Source: Oikopleura dioica | Taxonomy: Eukaryota > Animalia > Chordata | DNA: 64,000 nt | Direction of reading: 5' to 3' | Assembly: GCA_907165135.1 (NCBI GenBank) | Contig: OU015569.1 | Span: forward strand, 12,214,001-12,278,000 | In this document: one piece after another, positions 1 through 13,457 of the stretch | Numbering within the stretch: the first letter of the stretch is position 1 | How the letters are laid out: each line of letters starts with the position of its first letter | Translations under genes and position numbers: made by a program | Notes under the pieces: model-generated | Databases searched by the model: none | Seen by the model: only the letters and a program-made list of their open reading frames with translations | Told to the model about the DNA's origin: nothing

Positions 1-72
1 AAAGAAGTGGTAATAGACCCTTTTTCAGGTTTTGGCAGGGGACAATCGCCCTTCAGAGCTGTCAAATCGAAC

Positions 73-2116
<2,044 letters not shown>

Positions 2117-4388
2117 TTAAAGTTTTAACTACTACCGTCGGAACTCTCGAAGTTGAAACAATCGAGCCTTCAAACAGCGAAATTCAATTGCGTCTCGTCA
2201 AAAAATGCGGATCTCAAGACTCGAAAGAGTGAAACAGCCTTTAACCCATTCTCGTCTAAGGCCCTTTTTAACCCATCTAAGCTCGTTGAACACCTTTAAC
2301 TCCCTTAGATCATCACTAAAAATAAGTAAAACTGGCAATATCGAAGTCCCTTGCGGCATGAGCTTCAAACAAAAAGCCGCGCTGCGTTTTCAACTAAACT
2401 TGCATCATAGAAAAGCTTTCTTATCATGCTATTTATGCTGTTGATTTGAATTTTAGCGATGATTTAAGGGGCTAGAAAGCATTATTCGAAGTTGACGCGA
2501 CGCAGTTGAATTTCGCCAAAACGATCCTTGTGAAAGAAGCTTTCTGATATAGAAAAGGGATACGTGACATTTGCAAAGTTATAACTTGACGCTGTTTTGC
2601 GCGTTTTTCTCATTCTTTCGTTTTGTTTTCTTTCTAATTTCAAATGGTAAAAATGGCTACTCGCGAGAGCGGAGAAGTGTGGTACGGTATTTGGTCACGA
2701 CTGAGCTACTTTTGGAATATTCTCCAGTCCTCGATTTCGGTAATTATCTGATTTAGATTTAGCTCGTCCTCAACGAAAAGAAAAAAAAAACGAAGAAAGA
2801 GAAAGGAGACGTACGGATTCGGCGGGTGATAGAATCGATACTTTCTGCCGGGCGAGCGGAAGAACGGGATTTTCATTTTGCGACCCTGCTGCTGCTGCTG
2901 CTGATGGTGGATTAGCCCACATCGGTACTGGTAATCTTGAGACAGTCCATTCCACAAATGAACTGAGGGCAGGGCCTTTGGGTACACCGTCAGCTGAGCT
3001 CGGCAGAAAACGAACTCAATTCAATTATTCGTCAAAAAAAGAAGAAGAAACGATTAAAGTAAATCGTGAAGCCACTTGCGACTTCGAGCTTCAAAAGTGT
3101 AGCTTTCAATAAAATATTAATAGAGTAGCGCTTTTAGCGGCTTCTTTGGTTTTGGAACTCGAAGCCGCAAGCGGCTTCTCGTTCTTTCTTTCCATATAAA
3201 ATATAATTTTTTTGATGTTTTTGCCGAGCCCAGAATCGGTCAAACCGTCCGGCGTTTTGAAAGAAATTGGGGGTCTACTTCTGTCTTGGGAAAAATGCTG
3301 CCTGATTCGTCGCTGCTGATTGTACTGATGGTAACTGTACTGGTATCTGTCTTGGGGATGGTAGTACTGACAGGGGACGAAACATGGGCCATACTGACTT
3401 GCGACGGATTATCCATTTGGACCGAAAAAACACGAAAAGAAGAAGCTACTTTTGGCGCTTTGGATAACCCTAAGTTGTAGCGATTTGCATGTGCGACCCG
3501 CTATGGGCCGATTAAGCTCTACTCCGCGATTCTAACTACCATCTTCACTTGCCAAAGAGGCGCAAAATCAAATCCGAAGGTAGATGTTCTAGAGAAGACG
3601 CGACGATCAAAACAAGATTATGATAAAAACGATGCTGCCCGTTTTTATAAGATATGGGTTTTTTGGGGAATAGTCATTTTTGATTGGCTGAGGTATAGAA
3701 TAACAGTTCCTGATTGGATGAAAAGCCTATTTCTTCGAATAAATGGGCGTTCTATAGGGATTTTACACCAATCAAAATCATGTATTCCTTTGATGGATCA
3801 TAAGAACTCTGGGTGGCTAAAAACCCTCATAGAACCCATATTTGCACGAAGAAAATGGTTTCTTATTCAATCACGCTAGAATTCTTCGTGTTAGATCATC
3901 AAATACTGCTGGAACCCATAAACCCCGATATTTTCAATAAAACCCATAAAATATGCTCACCCTAGCATTAAAAAGTTCCTGTGGTCTGCAGTCAATAGAC
4001 AGTAGATAGTACTAACCTGTGACTGTCTTTCTTCTTGCTGTTTGTCTTCTTGGGCTGTTGGTATGCCAGACTGCCGCCATGGTAGGGGAGCATAGCCCCG
4101 GCTACTGGCCCCGGAACTTGGAGAATTGGACGACCGCAATTCGCAGTGTTTTTTCGACAAAGTGATGCCGATTTCGCGTTATCAACTCATTTTCGAACCT
4201 TCTAAAAAGAAACAAAACTGAATAAAAAGGCTATGAAAAAAGACTACTTTGGTTCAGAGAAAGAGAGAAAGATACTCGTAAATTAGTTTTAATGAAGCAA
4301 TTGTTTTGCTTTTTGCTTAGATCGAGGGAAAATGACGCGTCTTAGACAAAATCGGCCTTGGTAGTCTACGAGACATTAGCTTTCCCCT

Positions 4389-4605
4389 CGGCTCGGCAAC
4401 CTGTGTAGAAACCTGAGTCAGGGTCCTGAAAGAGTTATGCGAAGAGGAATTATACTGAGTCTCTTTCAGAACCCTGAGACAGGTTTCTACACAGGCTGAG
4501 CTCGGCTTCTGAAACTGCGCAGAAAACCTGACTCAGGGTTCTGAAAAACCTTCTCTGTGGGATCTTTCTCTGCCCTGACTCAGGTTTCCCCACAGGTCGC
4601 CAAGC
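4389..4605. mobile_element. Two adjacent short MITE-A copies
   Basis: GCTCGGCAACCTGTGTAGAAACCTGAGTCAGG ... inverted CCTGAGACAGGTTTCTACACAGG, followed by a second degenerate TIR pair. Ends are approximate. Confidence 0.75.
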
Positions 4606-5321
4606 CCTATCCTCGACAATCTCGAGGACACCCTTAGTTGCAATTACTTTTTCCGTATTTCTTAAAATAGCGGCCTCTATTTCAAAAAGAAGGAGCTAAT
4701 TGATTTCCTAATTTGATTTTCTTCAAAATAACTGGCGCAGATGTATTTTTAGTAAAACTAAACCGCATAATTACGAATTCCAATTCCACAAAAGTAAGCA
4801 GAAAATATACTTTTCAGAAATAATATTTTTTTAAATTCATTTTCATTAACTCATTTCTTCATCTACAGAAAATTGAATTAAATAATAAAAAATTTAAAGA
4901 AAAAATTCCTTTTTATTTTCTTTCTTCGTTTTTTTTTTCTTTCTTTTTCGTTCTTTCAAAATCTCTGAATTTCCGAACTTTAAAAAATCAAAATAATGAC
5001 TCTTTTTTGAATGTTTTTTTCAGTCTTTGAAAAGAAAGAGGTTTGGCATAACTTTTTGGTTGGAAAAAGGCGTCTCGAAAAAGGGATGAGAACGGGGGAG
5101 CGAGCGTGTAGGCCGCAGTAGAGTCAGCCAGCGTGAGAGCGACGCAATGAGTGTGCCTGGCCTGCCACCCTTTCTCGCCAAAAGCAAACGATAGGGTCGC
5201 CACGCAACCGCCAAATGAGGCCACTTTCTAGCGCCAGAGCTCTTTCGAATCGGGTTCTACAGTAAATAAAAAAAAAATATTTTTTTATTCATTTTTGACT
5301 CGAAAAAATAGCTCGAAAAAT

Positions 5322-5448
5322 AGCTCGACAGCCTGTGTAGAAAACCTGACTCAGGGTCCTGTAAGAGCTATAAAAAAAAAGCGGCGTAGCGGTTTCGCTA
5401 AAATTCACCAGTTCTTTCAGGACCCTGACTCAGGTTTTCTACACAAAA
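5322..5448. mobile_element. MITE-A copy
   Basis: TIR pair CCTGTGTAGAAAACCTGACTCAGG / CCTGACTCAGGTTTTCTACACA. Confidence 0.75.
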
Positions 5449-5490
5449 TGTCGAGGTCAAAAAAGAAGAATGGATTCATATAATTCTACA

Positions 5491-5659
5491 GACTTACAGA
5501 CAAGACTCAGTATAAGACCACTTCTTGAAAATAGAGCGAAGCGAATCTTTGAATCGAAACTTTTTTCTCAAATTAATGAATTTCGCTCGTTTTCGTTTCG
5601 AAGATTCGCTTCGCTCTTTTTCCAAAAAGTGGTCTTATACTGAGGCTTGTCTGTAAGTC
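5491..5659. repeat. Palindromic foldback/MITE-like element unrelated to MITE-A
   Basis: GACTTACAGACAAG.CTCAGTATAAGACCACTT is mirrored by AAGTGGTCTTATACTGAGGCTTGTCTGTAAGTC, with further internal inverted arms (GAGCGAAGCGAATC / GATTCGCTTCGCTC). Confidence 0.75.
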
Positions 5660-6044
5660 GGCAGAACTAGCTGAATCTCAGTTTTTCGCTCCTTAAATTT
5701 TATTGGATTTTAGTTTTTTGAGACGAAGATTCGAAAATTTCGACTGAGAACATGTGACCTCTTTCGGAAAAAGTCACCCTAGCCGTGACTCATCGGTAGC
5801 AGGCTCTATTGGCTCTTTCGGCTGTGGCGCGATAATCAAACTCTCCACCGAGTGTTGGCACTCCCTACGGCGCCCTGCTGGAAGAAAACTCTCGTCGGTT
5901 TTCTAAAGCTCCTCTCTTTCGCCTATTTCACAATTCCGCGAGTTCCAGTGCACCTTATTTTCAACTCTGAAGGACTGAAAGTTCTTTAGGGATGAAGTTT
6001 TATTTCTGAATAAATCTTGGAAATAAGAGCAAGCAGAAATACTC

Positions 6045-6350
6045 TGGGCTCGGCAACCTGTGTTGAAAACCTGAGTCAGGATTTGAAATATCTTTGAATA
6101 AGAGATTTTTCAAACCCTGACTCAGGTTTTCAACACAGGTTGCCGAGCTCAGGAAAAAACTGTTGACATTACTGTCAACTTTATACTAACAGTTCTTTCC
6201 TGAGCTCGGCAACCTGAGTCAGGGTTTGAAAAATCTCTTGTGAAAGCTTTTCATCAAAGATCTTTCAAATCCTGACTCAGGTTTCAACACAGGTTGTCAT
6301 GCTCCGGAAAGAACTGTTAGTATGAAGTTGACAGTACTGTCAACTTGACA
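6045..6350. mobile_element. Two MITE-A copies; the second has about 27-bp inverted flanks
   Basis: TIR pairs at about 6045-6150 and 6200-6305. Flanks GTCAACTTTATACTAACAGTTCTTTCC / GGAAAGAACTGTTAGTATGAAGTTGAC are reverse complements apart from one mismatch. Confidence 0.8.
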
Positions 6351-6394
6351 GTAAGTGTAAAATAGATTGATAAAATTCGACAGTGAGTTTTTGC

Positions 6395-6538
6395 CTGGGC
6401 TTGGCTACCTGTGTAGAAAACCTGAGTTAGGCTTTGAAGAGCTAATATATATTTTTTAAAATACATATGAGCCACGCGGCTTTTCATTTTAGCTCTTCAA
6501 GCCTGACTCAGGTTTTCTACACAGGTAGCCGAGCCTAG
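6395..6538. mobile_element. MITE-A copy with 8-bp TSD GTTTTTGC
   Basis: TIR pair, with identical GTTTTTGC at 6387-6394 and 6539-6546. Confidence 0.9.
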
Positions 6539-6602
6539 GTTTTTGCTTCGATAAATGATTCTTTATTTCTTTCCCAAATTACAAAATAACAGTAGATTTT
6601 TT

Positions 6603-7915
6603 TTATCCGTGCGCCAAGTACTTTTCGAGCATTCTGTTGATTCCTTCCACCAGCGCTTGTTTTTCCTATTAGTAAATCAAAATTATCAAAACCATCAATA
6701 TTAGATTGCCCTTTACTCTTTCTCGTCGCATAATTTCGTTGTCCGCTTTTCGCTTTTCATTTTTGACGAGTTGGCAGTTGACGCATTCTACCGGCTCAGG
6801 CTCTGTCTTCACATCGACGGGATCGAGAAGGATGGGCCCGAGATTGGTTTGGGAATCATCGTCTTTTCCTTCCAAATAGCTTTTGATCTTCTGGTGCAGT
6901 TTGAAGCCAAAGCACTCGGCGCGCAGAACTCGAATCTCGAATTTTTTCTTGTGGCTGTGTTTCTTTCCGCGGACGAGCGAGGAGAGCAGGTAGACTTTGA
7001 TCAGATGACCGTGCTGGTGCTAGAAAAGATGAAGTTAACGAGGAAAGAAAAAATCAAGAGAAGAAAATATAAGCAGCGAAAATTGGGTCGAAACCGAATC
7101 AAAAGGCTTTTTAAAACTACTTTTTCGACTCGAAAATGGTCTCGGCAACTGTTTTAAAAACCTGAGTCAGGATTTAAAAAGTCGTAGCGGCTTTTTCAAA
7201 AGCGAAGCGGCAGTTTTGAAAAACTGAATTAAAATAGCAATTTTAAAAACCATATATTTTGTTTTTGCGAAAATTCCTATTTTGACTAAATTTTTAAAAA
7301 CTGCGGCTAGGTTTTTTGAGAAAGCCGCTACGACTTTGAAAATTTCAAATCCTGACTCAGTTTTTTCAAACCGTTGCCGAGACCATTTTCGAATCGACAA
7401 AGAAAAAAAAGCCGATTCATTTTCGAATCAAAAGTGAATTTCGCTCATCTAGCTCTAGAATTTTGTCAAATTTTAAATTTACCGCCGTGACTGCGACGAA
7501 AGACTCTTTTGTGAACGCATCCAGAGCTCTTGCCACATCCTTCAAGCTCCCAGCTAAAAAGCCAAGTTAAAAAGCTGCAAAAAACGAAAATTGTTGTTTA
7601 CCAATATTGAGCCAGAATTCGCCGAGGTCGTCTTCTATGATTTCACTTTTCGCGCTGAGATAGAGGTTGCATTTTTTCAAGGTTTTTTCTCGTTGTTTTT
7701 CGTTTCTTTTTCCAGTCTCGCTTATGAGTGTTCTTTTTCGGGGGATTTTTTTCGACTCGAAAATTTCTGAAATCTGAACAGTCAAATTTCCCGTTCCTGA
7801 TAATAACAGTCGGCGGAGTCTGGCCAGTTTCCCGCCGCTTCGTTTTCTTCTCTGTTTTTTCTCTTCTTTCGGCCATGTAGTTTTCCAATTCTTCTGCAAA
7901 ATCGACTGACTCCAT
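6603..7915 (-). CDS. Hypothetical multi-exon protein (MESVDFAEELENY...HQHGHLIKVYLLSSLVRGKK...EKYLAHG)
   Basis: Five exons join in frame using GT-AG introns and one GA-AG intron (7796-7655). No family recognised. Confidence 0.55.
7139..7384. mobile_element. Intronic MITE-A variant with inverted flanks
   Basis: TCGAAAATGGTCTCGGCAAC ... GTTGCCGAGACCATTTTCGA, with internal AGCCGC/GCGGCT modules. Confidence 0.8.
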
Positions 7916-8060
7916 CGTCGACAAAATCGGACTGAAGCGAGAGTTTCTGGATTCGTTTCGAGTCGGGCACGGCCATCATGCTTTTTTCGGAACAATTTTG
8001 AGTATTCGGAGCTGAAACTCTTTTTTCGCTCTCGACTTTTCTTTCTTCTGGTTTTCAACT

Positions 8061-8588
8061 TTGCCAAGGAGCTTTCTCAGAAAAGTGTATTCCGAGGCTA
8101 ACCAATTCAAGAAGCCACCAGAGGTTTTAAGAAGACCGGAAGCCCAAAACCTTCCTATCCTCACTTCCAGTCCAAGAACAGCTGCCAAAGCGCCGGTGAT
8201 TACGAGCCCCTTTCAACGGGGTAATTTCAATCAAGGTACAGTTAAAAGAAAAATCTATCGCCTGGAAGTCTAAAAACGCTTTTTAGAAAACCTGACGCCT
8301 TCCGGTCATCCTGCGCAAACCGAAAGCTACATCACGAAAAGCCAAGCTAGTCACCGTCCCGAAATATCTGATCCTAAAGTCCAACAGATGCACGATCAAA
8401 TGTACAACATGAGTCTCCGAGAAAAAGTGGATAACTGGGAAATGGCAACTAACCCAGACAATCCAACGCCGACCTCAGTTGGGTCTCTAAGGCCGCCTTT
8501 AATCCTGCTAGAAAAAAACGAAACAACAAATAATAGTTTGATAATATGCGACGTTTATTTGAGTCGATCTTCAAGCATCTCTTTTTGA
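8061..8588 (+). CDS. Possible two-exon Pro/Ser-rich hypothetical protein; start codon not found
   Basis: Two ORF segments joined in phase by a GT-AG intron at about 8221-8286. Confidence 0.3.
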
Positions 8589-8907
8589 AATTTTAGCTTC
8601 TCCACTTCTCCCTTGAGGAGCTGAATCTTCGCCTCGTTTTCTTCTTCGGCCAAGGTCTTCTCGTTGAGGGCCTTTTGAAGCGATGCGATTTTGTTCTTCG
8701 ACTGGTCTAACTCCCATCGAAGGGAATCGATCTCGGCTTCCAGGTTGGCGTTATTATTCCCTAAATTATCGTTACTTAAATCATTAACTACAGTTCAGTC
8801 TTACCTCTCTCCTCTGGCTCCCGAGCTGGCCGAGCAGGCTGATTCTCTTGCATTTCCACGCCATCCTCTCTAGTCGGGCAAAGACATTCTCGCAAAAACC
8901 GCAGCAT
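8555..8907 (-). CDS. Small coiled-coil protein (about 100 aa, two exons)
   Basis: MLRFLRECLCPTRED...EER|GNNNANLEAEIDSLRWELDQSKNKIASLQKALNEK...LEDRLK*. The GT-AG intron is in phase and a heptad pattern is visible. Confidence 0.55.
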
Positions 8908-9465
8908 TGTAGATTTTTTTTACTCTGGTGTAACCTTGTCGTTAGGGATCGTTTTTATACCTGAATTATCTGATCGCGCAAAAACTGTCAAAATTTGCAA
9001 AGCGCGCCGATAATTATCAAAGCACAATCTTTTTCAGACGCTCAGAACCGTTTCCAAGATCATATGACATGTTCTACTGTTGGACGAGGAGACGATTAGA
9101 CTGTCTATCAGACAGCTTTTGACTAAATGACTTTATTTATAACAAATGCACTGCAATACTGAAAGAAATAATTCAAGAATAAATTTATTGAATTTACAAA
9201 TTCCGAATTCGCAGTTTCTACGGTTTTTTCTCGAGGTTCTTTTCGATTTCTTCTCTGGCTATGGTGGAAATATTGACCTTGAAAAAGAGTAGTAGGGGGG
9301 CAAACTGGAATCTGAAGATTTGGCATCGTAGGAGGAGAATGGCCGCTGGAAGGGATGATTTGTAGCTAGTTCCGCCGCGCAAACAAACCAGCAAAATCAA
9401 ACTCTGAAATCGAGTTCCTCTCTAATTAGAAAAAGAAAAAAGAGAAAACACTGTTCAGAGCGGCG

Positions 9466-12400
9466 ATGGGGCTCATCCCTCATTTTCTTGCCTTGGGACT
9501 GGTTTCGTTTTCCCACGCCAAGACTTTCTGCCCTTCCGAATGGAGCGAAGAATGGACCCTTCAAATGGAAAGCCATCTGAAACGAGCGATGGCGGTTCGG
9601 GACGATGGCAGCGTGATGAAAATTCAACCGCTTTCTCCTTGCTTCCCGGCGCTTTCGCCCGTTCGCTGCAAGAAACGAGGCTGGGCTCGACTACCTGTGA
9701 AGAAACCTGAGTCAGGGCTTCAAGAAAAACCTCTCTCAAGACCCTGACTCAGGTTTCTTCACAGGTTGCCGAGCCCAGAAATAAGCACTGCCCGGTCGAG
9801 AGTTCTGCCAAGCAATCGTTTACCAACCGGAAATCGAGTATCGCGGAGAAATGGATGTTTCCCAGCGACTACCAACTGACGAGATTAAAAAGTGTTTTAT
9901 CAATTTTACCAAGGAGCTTCAAAGAGATCGAAAAAAATATCAAATCAGGAATAAATTCTGGAGACTCACCTGCAAAACGTATATGCCGCTCTTGCCAACA
10001 GTCAAGGTAACTCTGAATTTTGTTTTTAGAAACAGGAGTATTAGAGTCTAACAGTAAGACCAACCATCATAACACCCATCAAATAAATTACTTGCAGCCG
10101 TCATCTGCGCCCGCTACGAAGCCAGAATTCTCAACAACCTCAAAAGCGCCAACAACGACGACTTCAAGACCAACTTCAACAACTCAAAAGACAGAAAGTG
10201 CAAATCGCGCGTGCTCGATTAACTGTGGTGTAGGAACTTGTGTCAAAGGATTTGACGGAGACTACTGCCTCTGTCCTCTGAATTACTACTACTCGCAGCC
10301 GGCTGGAACCTGCATCGAGCAATGTAACCTCGATTGCGGCACTGGAACCTGCGCCAAAATCGCCAACGAGTTTACGTGCCTCTGTCCTTCTGGCCAAAGA
10401 TTCAATCCGATTTCTGAAACTTGCGAGAAAACCACAACAACAACGACTACAACTGCAACAACTACTTCTACCAAGCCGGCAACGACGACAACAACAACGA
10501 CAAAGGCGACGACAAAATCAGAGAGTTCAAGTTCCGAATCGCCAGCGTCAACAGATTGTCCCTCCGGAAAACACTACGATGCTGCTTACGGAAAATGCGT
10601 CTGGGATGCGAAGAATCCCTCTTCAGAAGCAGCGCCCAAGCCAACAAATCCAGCTCCAACCCCAACTCGCTCAAGCCCCTCCTCGACAAGCTCTTCCGTT
10701 GTTGACGACGAGTACGATCTGATCGTCGTTGACAACAGCACAAGCGTCTGCGCCGATGGCGAGGTAGAAGTGATCATTGAAGCCGACGCGGACTACATTT
10801 CTTACGAGTGCGTTCCTGCTTCAGAAGTGAATCAAAAGCCAGAACCTGAGCCCGAACTCGAGTGCGATCCGTTCATTGAAGACTGCGACAACTTAGTGGA
10901 GCCGACATCTTCGCCGGAAATCGAGGGCTCAGGACTTGAAACAGCAACTTTGCCGATTGTCATTTTTACGGAAGAGGAGCGAGTTGTCACTACTGTTCAG
11001 TCAAGTTTCTCGACTTCTACTCTTAGCATTTCAGAAACAACAACAACCACTATAACAACAACCACTACTAGCGATCCTTTTGTAGCATCTCCTGAAGAAA
11101 CCGCTTCGATCATGTCTTGTCCGGAAGGAATGGAGTGGAACAGCATGTACGAAAAATGTATGATCAAATATGCTCGACCAACTATACCGACTTCTGCGAC
11201 CAGCTCAATCAAGACTACGACGAAGCCAGCAACAACAACGACATCCGAAAAAGTTCTGAAATCAGGAAAGCTCAAAAATTAACTTCTCTTTATATGCACC
11301 TAGTTAACTTTAATGATCCCCCAGTAAACGTAACCCTAACCCTAACCCCTTCCGTTTGCAAATTTAGAGCTCATTTTAGAAGATTTTGTAGATTGCTCTC
11401 TCGACTGCGGAGTAGGAACTTGCGAGAAGGATGATATCGGCGAATTGTGCATCTGTCCTGAAAACCACTTTTACTCCGTTTTCAAGGGAACATGTTTATC
11501 ACATACTCCAACGAAAGATACTCCGATAAATATAGTAAAGACTACGACGACAATGCCAACAACAACGACAACTGAAACAGTTGTTCAACCAGGAAAGCTC
11601 ATGAACTAAATACGTATGATTGTATTTGCACTGTTTTCTGCGCATACTGAGATAAGTGATAAAGATCGTTCTGAGCTCTTTCCGAAGAAAACTGTTCGCT
11701 CGACTGCGGAGTAGGAACCTGCGTGAACAATGATTTTAGCGACTACTGCATCTGTCCTGACGATCATTTCTACTCTGTCTTCCAGAAAACATGCCTAGAA
11801 GAACACATTCCAGAACCTACCGGAGCCTCTGACAAAAACGACGGCGATCCGATGCCAGTACCTGACAACATGTATTTCCAGCGTTTTTTTAACAGAGCGT
11901 CTTTACTCACCTTTTCCCTAGTATTTGGGGCGCATGTGATTGCAGCACGGGTTTTCAAAGACAAGTTTGCGATGGAGATGAGTTGTATGACTTTTCTTTT
12001 TGGAAATTATAATTTGATTTATATTAATTTCAGTGAGTGTGAAGGATTAGAGCAGAAATGCGAGGACATTTCTGTCTGCGAAGGAAGGTAAGGATTTCAA
12101 TACCAACAAGAAGCTGGTTTTAGCGGCCTGTGCAGAAGCCTGAGTCAGGGTCCTGAAAGAGCCCAATTAAAGCCTGGGTAGCGAAATCCTGACTCAGGCT
12201 TCTTCACAGGTTTTTGAGCACAGACAAGAAGAAGAAAGTTATTTGCAAATAAATTTAGTGGATCGGGCGATTTCATTGGGTCTGATGATGAAGAGTCCTT
12301 CGGCTTCTCTGTTTCCGCTGAAATGTCTTTATCTGCTGAGATGTCCTTGTTGGTCGCGGATCGAGCAGTCCGACCGGATTACGATGAAGTCGAAGATCTC

Positions 12401-12861
12401 AAAATCGACGGATTCATTTCCGAAGACGAAAGTGACTTATGAACGGGTTTTCATCTGTTTTTAATAAGCTTGAAGTTTTAAAATTGCGAAACCATCGATA
12501 CAGTCATGACGGAGTCAGAAGATCTCTTCGCGTTCGAAGAGGATGACGACGATGATGAAGAACTGGTCAATGACGATCCAATGAGTCTAGTCGGCGAGAT
12601 CCAGGAAAAGACGAAGATAGAGCCACCGACTTTTACGAAATGGTCTAGCTGGTCGAAATGCTCGAAAACATGTGGAACTGGTCTTCAACGCCGCCACAGA
12701 AGGAAGGGGGTCTAAAAGAAACTGAACTTTCTAAATTAAAAATCGGTTAGATTTGGATCCCCAAAAAACAGTTGCATCGACGTGCGAAATTGCGACCGAA
12801 CGAGCTTACACGCCGTTAGAGAATGCGTCAACCTGCCCTGCTACGACAAGAACTTTTTTTA
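9466..12861 (+). CDS. Secreted mucin-like protein with Thr-rich tracts, repeated Cys-rich EGF-like modules and a C-terminal TSP1 domain
   Basis: Signal peptide MGLIPHFLALGLVSFSHA; repeated C-x3-CGxGTC-x8-C-x-CP modules; poly-Thr tracts; WSSWSKCSKTCGTGLQRR TSP1 motif. The first intron (9680-9785) is a MITE. Some internal exon joins are uncertain. Confidence 0.8.
9681..9778. mobile_element. MITE-A copy forming a GC-AG intron (9680-9785)
   Basis: TIRs CTGGGCTCGACTACCTGTGAAGAAACCTGAGTCAGG / CCTGACTCAGGTTTCTTCACAGGTTGCCGAGCCCAG. Degenerate TSD AAACGAGG / AAATAAGC. Removing the intron joins the signal-peptide ORF in frame to ORF 9851-10051. Confidence 0.85.
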
Positions 12862-13457
12862 AACAATATTTAATTCATTAATTTACGACTTTTAGAAATT
12901 CTTATCGGAATGTATTTTTTGAACTTCTCTGAAAACAAATTGCAAATAAAAGAACTTTTTTAAAAACAATCATCGACCCAATAAATATGATTAACAATCT
13001 GGTTTCAAAGACGAAGATCTGTATAATTATAGATTTATAGTGCAGAATCGGAGCAAAATTAAAAGCAGAAAATATAAGAATGTTTTTCAAAAATCACCAT
13101 CAATAATTTCTAAACGATGAAATGCGTTGAAGTAGAAGGGCTTTCAAATCGCGGCGGAATGCAGTTGAAAGCTTGGGCCGCTTCCCCTAATTTGCATCGT
13201 TGATTGGGCTGACTGGACAGGATTGCAGTGCTATCAATTTCTCGGCGGTCGGAGCTTTTTTTCGGAACCTCGGCTGGCCCCGGGGGCGCTCAACTCTCAA
13301 GTCAGCTACTCCATTTTGTGTGATCAACCTTCCTGCCTGATTTGGGAACATTCTTTTTCTCCTCAATAGTTCGAGAGTTGTGCTGAAAACATAAGTTGCA
13401 GAAGACACTTCTTTTGTTGATTATGGACTCGCTGGCGCGGGATGAGATTTAAAAGAG

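Noticed and set aside
3680-3780. CCAAT-box promoter cluster for HIPK
   Set aside because: The motifs are present, but the true first exon is unresolved and similar GATTGG motifs occur inside repeats elsewhere in the window.
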